Shown here one piece after another: positions 54,560 to 63,593 of a stretch of DNA of 64,000 nt. The stretch is from Euryarchaeota archaeon TMED117 (lineage in GTDB: Archaea; Thermoplasmatota; Poseidoniia; Poseidoniales; Poseidoniaceae). Under the pieces are notes generated by a model. That model saw nothing but the letters and a program-made list of their open reading frames with translations, searched no databases and was not told where the DNA came from. The stretch is taken from assembly GCA_002171315.2 (NCBI GenBank), contig NHFS02000013.1:1062-65061 (forward strand). Direction: 5' to 3'. Position numbers and translations under genes: made by a program. The first letter of the stretch is position 1, and every line of letters begins with the position of its first letter.

Positions 54560-55597
54560 ATGGTAGTAAAGGTTGCAATAAATGGATATGGGACGATTGG
54601 GAAGAGAGTTGCAGACGCAATTGATGCTCAAGACGATATGGAAATCATCGGTGTGACGAAAACTCGACCTTCGTTTGGTTGTGATTTAGCAGTAAGAAAA
54701 GGATTTCCACTATACTGTACATTCGATGAACCAGAACGGATTGCTGCTTTTGCTCCTGCAGGCTACGATTGTAAAGGAGGATTAAGCGAATTATTGGCAG
54801 CCGCTGATGTTGTGGTCGATTGTTCTCCTGGTAAAGTAGGTGCTCAAAATAAGCAAATCTATGAAGACGCAGGAGTAAAATGGATTTTCCAAGGTGGGGA
54901 AAAACACGCCATGACAGGCCTATCCTACACCTCGAGTGGTAATCATTCTGAAAATATGAATCAATCAGGTACTCGTGTTGTATCTTGCAATACAACAGGG
55001 CTTTCTCGTACACTGGTTCCACTTTTGCACAAATGCGGTTCTCTTTCCGTCGAATGCACAATGATTCGCAGAGCTGCAGATCCTGGAGACTCGAATAAGG
55101 GTCCTATCAATGCGATTAAACCGGTTTTGAAGGTTCCAAGTCATCATGGTCCTGATGTCATGACAATTCGCCCTGAAATATCCATCAACTCGATGGCAGT
55201 TGCTGTCCCAACAACCATCATGCATGTACATGCAATCGTTGCAACTCTTCCTCAAGGGCATGGAATGACAACCGAATCAATCCTCGACTTATGGCATGCT
55301 CAACCAAGAGTCGTTATCATGAACGGTGCTGAAACAGGAATTACCACAACCGCAGAAGTTATGGAATTTGCAAGAGATATTGGTCGGAAGTGGGGAGACT
55401 TGCACGAAATTTTTGTTTGGGAAGATGGTGTGAAACTTGATGGAGACACACTCTATTACTTCCAAGCGATACACCAAGAGTCAGATGTTATCCCTGAGAA
55501 TGTTGATGCAATTCGGGCATTAATGGGTTTGGAATCTGATTGGAACGTGTCTGTTTCAAAGACCGATAAGGCCATTGCTACTTACAACGGATTGTAA
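54560..55597 (+). CDS. gap: type II (archaeal) glyceraldehyde-3-phosphate dehydrogenase
   Basis: MVVKVAINGYGTIGKRVADAI is the Rossmann motif and VVSCNTTGLSR holds the catalytic Cys. VPSHHGPDV and the length of about 345 aa are typical of archaeal phosphorylating GAPDH. The start is ATG 54560 or 54551. Confidence 0.9.
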   Translation: MVVKVAINGYGTIGKRVADAIDAQDDMEIIGVTKTRPSFGCDLAVRKGFPLYCTFDEPERIAAFAPAGYDCKGGLSELLAAADVVVDCSPGKVGAQNKQIYEDAGVKWIFQGGEKHAMTGLSYTSSGNHSENMNQSGTRVVSCNTTGLSRTLVPLLHKCGSLSVECTMIRRAADPGDSNKGPINAIKPVLKVPSHHGPDVMTIRPEISINSMAVAVPTTIMHVHAIVATLPQGHGMTTESILDLWHAQPRVVIMNGAETGITTTAEVMEFARDIGRKWGDLHEIFVWEDGVKLDGDTLYYFQAIHQESDVIPENVDAIRALMGLESDWNVSVSKTDKAIATYNGL

Positions 55598-55642
55598 TCA
55601 ATTAAGGCGCATACTCAAAAACTAAACTGGTGTGGCCAGACT

Positions 55643-58600
55643 ATGCATCTGAAACGACGTTCGTTTATTTTGCTATCAGTATTCTTGCTTTCGCTAGCAA
55701 GTCCCTTGGCTTCCTCCCATTCAGTCGTCGAATCAAAATCCTCTCAGGCCATGGTTTACTCCTCTTCTTGGGATTCGATTACACCTGTTTCAAAACAAGT
55801 AATTCTTACGAATCCTATCGAACCTGTCATAGATTTAGCAAGTTTTTCATTTGATCCACTTTTGAATGACTTAGAACTCATTCCATCGACTTGGAGGGCT
55901 GATTCGGAAAACAATCTTCATCTTCTTCAATTGAATGTGAATAATGGAGCGATTGTTGAAGCAATGGCTGATGAATTTGATTTTTCAATTCTTGAGACTC
56001 ATGGTTCTGCTGTTTGGACAATCCGTCTGAACAATTTGGATCACTATGATTCAATAAATTCTCATGACGATGTACGATGGATTGGAGAATATTCTCCTGG
56101 AATGAAACTTGGAACTCATGTCTTTGGAGCAACCATTGTTCAAATTGTCCTTTCAAATGATTTGAGTCCAGATGCTCTCGCGCTTTTCTCAGCAACGTTA
56201 GCTGAAGAAGGGGCAAACATAGCATGGTGCTCACAGGATATGTGCGAGGCACACTATGAGGCTGGAATCACAAATCAACAGATTAAATCCTTAGCATTCC
56301 ATCAGCACGTACTTTTCATCGATGGTAGTTTCACACTCTCTCTTCACAACAATCTCGCAGCCACTGAAGTAGGCGCAGTCGCAGTACGTGCACCCTCTTC
56401 TTTGAATCTCGATGGTTCTGGTGAAACAATCGCAGTTATGGATACAGGCGTCGATAATAACCATCCTGATCTCGTTGGCAGGGTTGCTGCAATTAACACT
56501 CAATTTGGCTTGGATAGTTCTCCTATTGACAGCAATAGTGGTCATGGAACACACGTCGCAATGACTGTGCTTGGTGATGGAACAGGTGATGCTATTGCAA
56601 CAGGTATTGCACCAGCAGCAAATCTTGTCATGTACGCTCTCGAACACGATCCTACAGGAGTATTCGGAAGACAGGGATCAATCTATGACCTTCTTTCAGA
56701 TGCTGAATTGAAAACGGCTCGTGTTGCAGTTAACGCATGGGGTCTAAACGGAAACTACGGTGCCTATACTGCTGATTCAAGATCTACTGATCAATATGTT
56801 TCAAACAATAAATATCTTCTTCCAATCTTCTCAGTGGGTGATAACGGTGGGACTGGAGCGTCAAAAATTACAGCACCTGGAACTGCAAAGAACGTCCTCT
56901 CAATCGGATCGAGCGTAAATGGTACAGTGAGTACAGACTCCTCAGAAGGTCCAACGCTTGATGGAAGAATAAAGCCTGATTTAGTTGCTCCTGGTGAAGG
57001 AATATGCTCTGCTCGGGCAGAAGAAGCAAAGAACGTTGTTGGTTCAGTCTGCGGTACTGGAACCCACTCAAACGGACGATCGATGTACATGGAACTAAGT
57101 GGTACATCTCAAGCAACTGCAGTTGCTGGCGGTTCCGCAGCACTCGCTCGTGAATATTTACGTGAAGTTGCTGGCATCAATAAGCCATCTGCAAGTCTAA
57201 TAAAAGCGATATTGATCAATGGAGCAGAAGATTTGGGAACACCAGACATTCCAAATGCGAAGGAAGGGTGGGGTCAAATCGACCTTGAAAACAGCCTCAA
57301 CCCATCTTCCTCTGGTGTGGCTTTGGACGTCTTCCATGATGATGAACGCGAACTTCAAGCAGGGTTTTCGCTGATCTATGCATTCAATCTTGATGGGTCA
57401 AAAGGCATAGACATAACCTTGGCATGGAGTGATGCAGAAGCAAGTGCTAATGCAGCACAATCCGAATCTCGACTCATGAATAATTTGGATTTGATTTTAA
57501 TTGCACCAGATGGCACAACCTATCTGGGCAATCATTTTTCATCAGGAGTCTCTACAACAGGTGGGTCTGCAGACGTTCTAAACAACATAGAACGGATTCG
57601 AATTCCAGCAGGTGCGACGACACAAACTGGGGATTGGATGGTAACTGTCGAGCATCGCGGAGGTAGTTCGCAGCGTTATGGAATCATTGTCACTGCTGAT
57701 GCAACACTCATCCCAAAGGCTGATTTAACGACATTCAGTAATAGTATTCTTCCTTCATCATTAACTCCATTGGTTGGTGATCTCGTATCGATTTCTCTTG
57801 CATGGCATAACCAAGGTACACTCGCCTCAGGTCCATATCGAATTCAATTTGAAGATGTGACAAGTGGTTCAATTCTCTATGACTCAAATAGGACCTCTTT
57901 GGAAGGAGGTTCACTAGATTCAGTTTCGTTCTTTACACAATTCTCGACAACGGGTATCCACAAACTGAGACTTTCTCTTGATACAAGCAATCAAGTTCTG
58001 GAATTGAATGATGGAATAAACGGTATTGATAACAACATTATCGAACTTGATATCGAGGTAACAGCTCAAGGTTTACGAGTGATATTCCAAAATCCAGATG
58101 GCAGCATTCCTACAACCTCTCAGGATCGAGATTCTGCAGCATCGGTTACAATGGATGTTCGTAATGAAACAGGTCTTTCCCTACCGTTTGTAATCGCTCA
58201 CGAAGGAACAGGGGAACGTCCAGTTAGTTTGACTGTTTCAAGCGTTCAACAACCTGACCCAACGTATCCAACACTCCTACTAGCCCCGGAAGATTCTTGG
58301 TCTAAATCCGTAAACCAAACGGGCGTATTCACAATTTCTGGACAAGGTGAAGAGAATGATACAATCTATCTTACGTTGAATCTTGATGACACATCTGCAA
58401 GCTTTGATGGTGCGACAAAAAGGTATGCTCGCGCTGGGTCCTTCATCGTCGATGTCACGGCACGATATCAAAATCAACCAACCGTTTCCCACACTCAGCG
58501 CTTGTACATCGAAATAGGTCAAGTCGATTCCGTGGATGTAGTGCCTTCTGGAACATCGGGAGTTTCTGCAAAGCCCGGCGAAAGAACAGGATTCTCAATC

Positions 58601-60502
58601 GGTGTTCGAAACACAGGTAATTCTGCAGCACAATATCTGATGTCTTGTACATCTTCATCCCAATGGCAAATTATGTTAGGTAACTCAAATTCATCATCGC
58701 TTGAATTTGAACCACTCAACATCCTTCAAGATTTGAGCATGGATGTGAACGTATTCATACCATCAATCGCTAATGGGGAGCCTGTTGCTGGGTCAACAGA
58801 TCAGGTAACTTGTGTCGTCACATCTCCTACAGATCCAACTCTCAATCGTGTCGAAGTTGTTGATGTTGCAGTTTCGGAACTCAAAGCCTTCCGTTCTGAC
58901 CTTTATGGTCCAGATGGAGCTGTAGGGCCAGGGGCATTGGCTCAACCTGTTGTGGCAAATACAGGAGAATTGGTGTACTTCAATCATACAATCCAAAACA
59001 TGGGGAACGTTCCTCTGGATTTTGCAGTGACCATTGAGCGTGGGAATCCAACCTGGGCAGCTGAAATACAATTTGGTCAAGAGAGTAGTTCATCAGCACT
59101 TTCAGTCACACTATCTCCGGGTCAGTCTGGCGATGTCGAGATGCGATTATTGGTTCCAGAAACAGCTCGAGAAGGCAATTCAAACACATACACGCTCAGG
59201 GTTGAATCATCTCCTCAGATGTTTACTTTGAATTCCACCTCAATTATCGTTGGTGAAAATTTAGATGTAAATTTAATGCCAAATGGTGGGACACTCATCA
59301 CAGTTCCAATTGAAAATTCTTTCACATTCGCGGAGTTTATCGTTGAAAATACAGGAAACGCAGACTTGGATTTAGACTGGTCCACAAGCCTAGCTCCAGA
59401 TGGTTGGTCGATTGGATATTCGAATCCACCAAGTTCGGTGCCAGTGCTTAAGAACGCTTCAGTTCAACTAGCAATCCAAGCCCCAAATCAAACAATATCT
59501 GGATTTGGATTTGATTTACAATTGTTCGTTAATGCTAGCAATAATGGTCGATACACGAATGCCGAAATCCTTGTCAGAGTCGAAGTTTCAGATTCAAGTT
59601 TTGCAGCAATTCGTGTTTCAGATGAATTATCAGCACCATTGTTGTTTATTCCTCGCGGAGACTCAGCAAAGCAGTCAATTACGATTACAAACGAAGGAAA
59701 TATTCCTTTAACGGGTGATTTGACAGTTGAAGTTCGCGATAATGAAGGCGCTGTCCTTACCGATCGAACTGCAAGCATTTCGCCATCTTCAATTAGCGGC
59801 CTTGCAATAGGTGAGTCAGTGGAAGTTGTTGGTAAAGTTTCAACCAAAGACAATTCAGTGGATGGCCGAATGAACTTAGTGGTTATCTTAACAACCTCGG
59901 ATGGTGTTGTTATCGAATTCATGGCAGATACAAGTGTAAGCTCTCAGAAATCTTCTGGAGGCATTTTCGGGACTCTTCCTGCGTATGTTTCTTACCCTCT
60001 TGTTCTGTTGGCTTTGCTTGGGCTTCTCTACGGTGGTCGTAAATTAAAACAAAGCAGTAAGATGGATGATTATGGAACGGATTTAGTTGCACCGGATGCA
60101 CACACAGATGCTGACCACCTCGGTACAAGACGTGATGAGGCGCTTGACATCAGTCATTCAGTCAATGACATAGCCTCTGGTGAAGTCTCCCAAGATGAAA
60201 TCGCTGCAGCCTTAGCTCAGTCACTGAATATGCCGGCACCTGTGGGGAACGCTCCTGTTCCAGAAGGGCGCCCCCCAGCAGGACTTCCTCCAAAGGGATT
60301 GCCGCCAGCAGGACTTCCTCCTGCCGGTTTACCTCTTGTGCAAAGACAACCAGCACCTGCCAAGGTTATTCCACAATTGCCAGTACCAGTTCCTGTAGCC
60401 TCAGGTCCTCCACTACCACCTGGTGGTTTGCCAGATGGATGGACCATGGAACAATGGAACCATTATGGAGAACAATATCTTCAGCGCATGGGTTTGAACT
60501 GA
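55643..60502 (+). CDS. giant surface subtilisin-like protease (peptidase S8) with a beta-sandwich post-catalytic domain, an array of CARDB-like domains, a TM anchor and a Trp-rich tail
   Basis: The signal peptide is MHLKRRSFILLSVFLLSLASPLASSHS. The triad contexts are IAVMDTGVDNNHPDL (Asp), SGHGTHVAMTVLG (His) and LSGTSQATAVAGGSAALAREY (Ser). The subtilase-associated domain reads TLAWSDAEASAN...NNLDLILIAPDGTTYLGN...NNIERIRIP...GDWMVTVEH. CARDB-like repeats include WHNQGTLASGPYRI, VRNTGNSAAQYLM, IQNMGNVPLDFAV, VENTGNADLDLDW and ITNEGNIPLTGDL. The TM helix is YPLVLLALLGLLYGG. The tail ends in GLPDGWTMEQWNHYGEQYLQRMGLN. Confidence 0.9.
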   Translation: MHLKRRSFILLSVFLLSLASPLASSHSVVESKSSQAMVYSSSWDSITPVSKQVILTNPIEPVIDLASFSFDPLLNDLELIPSTWRADSENNLHLLQLNVNNGAIVEAMADEFDFSILETHGSAVWTIRLNNLDHYDSINSHDDVRWIGEYSPGMKLGTHVFGATIVQIVLSNDLSPDALALFSATLAEEGANIAWCSQDMCEAHYEAGITNQQIKSLAFHQHVLFIDGSFTLSLHNNLAATEVGAVAVRAPSSLNLDGSGETIAVMDTGVDNNHPDLVGRVAAINTQFGLDSSPIDSNSGHGTHVAMTVLGDGTGDAIATGIAPAANLVMYALEHDPTGVFGRQGSIYDLLSDAELKTARVAVNAWGLNGNYGAYTADSRSTDQYVSNNKYLLPIFSVGDNGGTGASKITAPGTAKNVLSIGSSVNGTVSTDSSEGPTLDGRIKPDLVAPGEGICSARAEEAKNVVGSVCGTGTHSNGRSMYMELSGTSQATAVAGGSAALAREYLREVAGINKPSASLIKAILINGAEDLGTPDIPNAKEGWGQIDLENSLNPSSSGVALDVFHDDERELQAGFSLIYAFNLDGSKGIDITLAWSDAEASANAAQSESRLMNNLDLILIAPDGTTYLGNHFSSGVSTTGGSADVLNNIERIRIPAGATTQTGDWMVTVEHRGGSSQRYGIIVTADATLIPKADLTTFSNSILPSSLTPLVGDLVSISLAWHNQGTLASGPYRIQFEDVTSGSILYDSNRTSLEGGSLDSVSFFTQFSTTGIHKLRLSLDTSNQVLELNDGINGIDNNIIELDIEVTAQGLRVIFQNPDGSIPTTSQDRDSAASVTMDVRNETGLSLPFVIAHEGTGERPVSLTVSSVQQPDPTYPTLLLAPEDSWSKSVNQTGVFTISGQGEENDTIYLTLNLDDTSASFDGATKRYARAGSFIVDVTARYQNQPTVSHTQRLYIEIGQVDSVDVVPSGTSGVSAKPGERTGFSIGVRNTGNSAAQYLMSCTSSSQWQIMLGNSNSSSLEFEPLNILQDLSMDVNVFIPSIANGEPVAGSTDQVTCVVTSPTDPTLNRVEVVDVAVSELKAFRSDLYGPDGAVGPGALAQPVVANTGELVYFNHTIQNMGNVPLDFAVTIERGNPTWAAEIQFGQESSSSALSVTLSPGQSGDVEMRLLVPETAREGNSNTYTLRVESSPQMFTLNSTSIIVGENLDVNLMPNGGTLITVPIENSFTFAEFIVENTGNADLDLDWSTSLAPDGWSIGYSNPPSSVPVLKNASVQLAIQAPNQTISGFGFDLQLFVNASNNGRYTNAEILVRVEVSDSSFAAIRVSDELSAPLLFIPRGDSAKQSITITNEGNIPLTGDLTVEVRDNEGAVLTDRTASISPSSISGLAIGESVEVVGKVSTKDNSVDGRMNLVVILTTSDGVVIEFMADTSVSSQKSSGGIFGTLPAYVSYPLVLLALLGLLYGGRKLKQSSKMDDYGTDLVAPDAHTDADHLGTRRDEALDISHSVNDIASGEVSQDEIAAALAQSLNMPAPVGNAPVPEGRPPAGLPPKGLPPAGLPPAGLPLVQRQPAPAKVIPQLPVPVPVASGPPLPPGGLPDGWTMEQWNHYGEQYLQRMGLN
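60275..60321 (+). repeat. short in-frame tandem repeat encoding (P)AGLPP(K/A)GLPPAGLPPAGLP in the tail of the giant protease
   Basis: The 17-mer CCAGCAGGACTTCCTCC occurs at 60275-60291 and again at 60305-60321, a 30-nt period. The peptide reads PPAGLPPKGLPPAGLPPAGLP. Confidence 0.8.
60425..60478 (+). other. C-terminal Trp-rich tail motif: GLPDGWTMEQWNHYGEQY
   Basis: It ends 7 residues before the C-terminus of the 55643-60502 product, after the TM helix and a Pro-rich linker. See 30095-30148 for the near-identical copy. Confidence 0.75.
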
Positions 60503-60535
60503 TACGTTGAAAAGGATGGGCGACAGCGATAAACC

Positions 60536-61162
60536 ATGCTCAACATCGTTTTGTTCGGACCTCCCGGTGCTGGAAAGGGTACACAGGCACATCGACTGAT
60601 GGATGCTACAGGATTGCCTCAAGTCTCCACTGGAGATATGTTACGTGCAGCAGTCAAGGCAGGAACTCCCGTTGGAATTGAAGCAAAATCATACATGGAC
60701 GCAGGAGCTCTTGTTCCGGATTCAGTCATCATTGACTTGATTCGTGATCGTCTCGTTGAGGATGATGCCAAGAACGGAGTCATGTTCGACGGTTTTCCTC
60801 GAACAATACCACAAGCAGAAGCATTATCGGCAATTGTTGAGGTTTCAGCGGTATTGGCTATTGATGTTCCCGATGAACGCATTGTAGAACGAATCTGTGG
60901 TCGATACAGTTGCGGAAACTGTGGAGCAGTTTTCCACGATACATTCAATCCAATAAAAAATGGAATTTGTGAATGTGGATCATTTGTTGAAAAAAGGAGA
61001 GCAGATGATGTTGAAGAAACAGTACTTGCTCGTCTCGAAGCATATCATGCTCAAACATCCCCGCTCGCAGATTATTATCGCAATGCCGGAATATTCCATC
61101 TTGTTGATGGTGACCGTAATATAGACGTAATCACTTCAGATTTACTAGCAGTTCTTGGATGA
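60536..61162 (+). CDS. adk: adenylate kinase, bacterial-type long form with Cys-containing lid
   Basis: The P-loop is MLNIVLFGPPGAGKGTQA. GDMLRA and FDGFPRT are present. The lid is CGRYSCGNCGAVFHD...ICECGSFVEKRRADD. Confidence 0.9.
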   Translation: MLNIVLFGPPGAGKGTQAHRLMDATGLPQVSTGDMLRAAVKAGTPVGIEAKSYMDAGALVPDSVIIDLIRDRLVEDDAKNGVMFDGFPRTIPQAEALSAIVEVSAVLAIDVPDERIVERICGRYSCGNCGAVFHDTFNPIKNGICECGSFVEKRRADDVEETVLARLEAYHAQTSPLADYYRNAGIFHLVDGDRNIDVITSDLLAVLG

Positions 61163-61171
61163 GTGTTTGCC

Positions 61172-61507
61172 ATGGGTCGCCGTAATAGACTTCATCGAGA
61201 AAAACGAAAGGCGCATGCCCTTTGGTCCCAAGGCCAACTTCTCAGTCTACTCAAAGACTCTTCCAGATACACTCCTGAACAACGTTCAAGATTTGCAGTT
61301 CATCTCGTGAAAATCTCTCGAAGACATCGAATTCGATTACCAAGTGAAGTGCGTGAAATTGTTTGCAGGACCTGTAATACTTTGCTTAGGTATGGTGATA
61401 ATGCGAGCATCCGCTTTAGAAACGGTCATAAAATCCAAACATGTTTTTCTTGCAACTCAATTCGTCGAATACCATATCGACAACATTCAATGAAGGTGGA
61501 GGCATGA
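61172..61507 (+). CDS. rnp4: RNase P protein component 4 (Rpp21/Rpr2 family)
   Basis: The basic N-terminus is followed by RFAVHLVKISRRHRIRLPSEVREIVCRTCNTLLRYGDNASIRFRNGHKIQTCFSCNSIRRIPY, i.e. the CxxC...CxxC zinc ribbon with the family-typical VR...R flank. The start is ATG 61172, or GTG 61163 which abuts the adk stop. Confidence 0.8.
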   Translation: MGRRNRLHREKRKAHALWSQGQLLSLLKDSSRYTPEQRSRFAVHLVKISRRHRIRLPSEVREIVCRTCNTLLRYGDNASIRFRNGHKIQTCFSCNSIRRIPYRQHSMKVEA

Positions 61508-61767
61508 GCGTCCCCAATCATATCGTCCGTCAGGCTAAAGATGCCTCACTTCCAATTACAATGAGGGTCGGAAAATCTGGGTTGACAGACTCAGTTGTTG
61601 TTGAACTGGAAGGCCAATTATCGTCTCGTGCTTTGGTCAAAGTCAAAGTAAATCGTGGATTATACACTCGTGATGACCTCAAAACAGTTTGGAATATTAT
61701 GGCTGAAAAAACAAATAGTAATGTTGTGTTTGTCCGAGGAAATGTTGCGGTATTTTGGCGGAATTGA
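61504..61767 (+). CDS. CRM-domain (YhbY/CRS1-like) RNA-binding protein
   Basis: MSVPNHIVRQAKDASLPITMRVGKSGLTDSVVVELEGQLSSRALVKVKV...VFVRGNVAVFWR matches the approximately 90-aa YhbY pattern (G-K-x-G-L-T-x2-V-x2-E-x5-H/R-E/A-L-V-K-V-K). The ATG overlaps the rnp4 stop (ATGA at 61504-61507). Confidence 0.75.
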   Translation: MSVPNHIVRQAKDASLPITMRVGKSGLTDSVVVELEGQLSSRALVKVKVNRGLYTRDDLKTVWNIMAEKTNSNVVFVRGNVAVFWRN

Positions 61768-61816
61768 ACAGCGCCGTAACCCAATCCTCAAAGGGGGATT
61801 GTAGTTGCAGTAAGAT

Positions 61817-63538
61817 ATGGGCGGAAAAATCCTGTTCTCAAAGAGGCATCCTGCACAACTTGTTGCACTGGTTTCGCTCTTGTTTGTAGGCACAATGCAA
61901 TTCATCAAATCGAGCCAAGCTGCAGGAGGCGGTGACGGAATCGATCTGACTGTCACTATTCGAGACGGGATGAGCGACCAAGCAGTTTTCGTTGGCCTTG
62001 GAATTCTCTTGTTCGTATATGCGCTTATCATTACTGAAGTCGTTCATCGAACATTAGCCGCAACACTTGGTGGCCTCCTTGCAGTCATTGCTTTGAATCA
62101 TTATTCGGTCGAAGAAGCACTGAGCCTCAAAGCCGTTACAACAATGATCGATTGGGAAACAATCGGTCTTCTTCTGGGAATGATGGTCATGGTTGGTATC
62201 ATTTCACATACAGGTGTGTTTGAATGGTTTGCTGTCCAAGCATACAAAAAGAGCGGGGGGGAAATATGGACTCTTGTTGTCATCTTGTGTGCTGTTACTG
62301 CAGTTCTCTCAGCATTTTTAGACAACGTTACAACGATGCTTCTTCTAACTCCAGTCACCATTAAAATCGCACAGGTTCTCGATTTGAAACCAATACCGAT
62401 TCTCATTTCTGAGGTACTCTTCTCAAACATCGGTGGTGCGGCCACAATGATCGGTGATCCACCAAACATCATGATTGGTTCAGCAATGTCTCCTGATGCT
62501 ATCAGTGGAAACAAAGACCAAGATATTGCCAATTTAGCCAATGACGGTGTTACGTTTAATGATTTTATCATCGAAATGGCACCAGGTATTCTCATGACTA
62601 TTGTCCCGTCTTTCATGCTTATTCGTTGGTTGTACAAAGACGAATTCAGTGGCCGAAGAGATCGTGATATCACCGAACTTGAACGCCAATATGCAATCAA
62701 GGACGTACAAGGATTGAAAATCAGTGGAGCGATTCTAACACTTGTAATTCTTGGATTCTTCCTCCATCCAGTTATTCATCTTGCAGTCTCATGGGTTGCT
62801 CTTTCTGGTGCGCTGATCATGCTTTTGGCTACCAACCGTCACGAACTCGAAGAACCCTTGGAACATGTAGAATGGACAACCCTTCTTTTCTTTGCAGGTT
62901 TGTTTGTATTGGTGCATTCTCTCCAGTACATGGGCGTCATTGATTACATCGGTGAATATGTCGAGAAAGCAATCAAGTTCTTCCCTGATGATTATCGGCT
63001 AGCAGCAGCAGTTCTCATCATTCTGTGGGTCTCTGCTATTGCCTCCGCCTTTATCGATAATATCCCTTATACTGCTACAATGATTCCAATTGTCTTATCT
63101 CTAGCAGTTGAACTTAGTTTGGACCTCGGACCATTGATTTGGGCACTTGCCTTTGGAGCATGTCTCGGAGGAAACGGTACCCTAATTGGAGCCTCTGCTA
63201 ACGTTGTTACCGCAGGAATGGCTGAAGAAGCAGGTTATCCGATCTCATTCAATGAATTTTTCAAGGCTGGTTTCCCAGTCATGTTACTTTCAACATTCAT
63301 CGTATCATTTTACATGATTTTGGTCTATGTTGTTGGCGGAGAAGATGGTGCAACGACTTGGAAGATTGTTCTGGTCGGCATATCACTCATCGGTATTATA
63401 GCACAATATTCACGTGGAAGAGCCAAAGGTAAATCTCCTGCTGAAGCACTTGTGGATGACGATTTTGATGAACTTGTCACTAGCATCAAATCTGTGGTAA
63501 TTAGCACTACGCCTAACGCAAGTGATGGCGAAGAATAA
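61817..63538 (+). CDS. ArsB/NhaD-superfamily anion permease (YbiR / P-protein-like)
   Basis: The protein is polytopic. DWETIGLLLGMMVMVG, FLDNVTTMLLLTPVT, SNIGGAATMIGDPPNIMIG, VEWTTLLFFAGLF and FIDNIPYTATMIP are characteristic of the duplicated ArsB/NhaD fold. Confidence 0.8.
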   Translation: MGGKILFSKRHPAQLVALVSLLFVGTMQFIKSSQAAGGGDGIDLTVTIRDGMSDQAVFVGLGILLFVYALIITEVVHRTLAATLGGLLAVIALNHYSVEEALSLKAVTTMIDWETIGLLLGMMVMVGIISHTGVFEWFAVQAYKKSGGEIWTLVVILCAVTAVLSAFLDNVTTMLLLTPVTIKIAQVLDLKPIPILISEVLFSNIGGAATMIGDPPNIMIGSAMSPDAISGNKDQDIANLANDGVTFNDFIIEMAPGILMTIVPSFMLIRWLYKDEFSGRRDRDITELERQYAIKDVQGLKISGAILTLVILGFFLHPVIHLAVSWVALSGALIMLLATNRHELEEPLEHVEWTTLLFFAGLFVLVHSLQYMGVIDYIGEYVEKAIKFFPDDYRLAAAVLIILWVSAIASAFIDNIPYTATMIPIVLSLAVELSLDLGPLIWALAFGACLGGNGTLIGASANVVTAGMAEEAGYPISFNEFFKAGFPVMLLSTFIVSFYMILVYVVGGEDGATTWKIVLVGISLIGIIAQYSRGRAKGKSPAEALVDDDFDELVTSIKSVVISTTPNASDGEE

Positions 63539-63593
63539 GCCCAAACAGGCGTTGGGTTGAAGAACATGGACTCTGAGGGTCCAATGGGTCATC

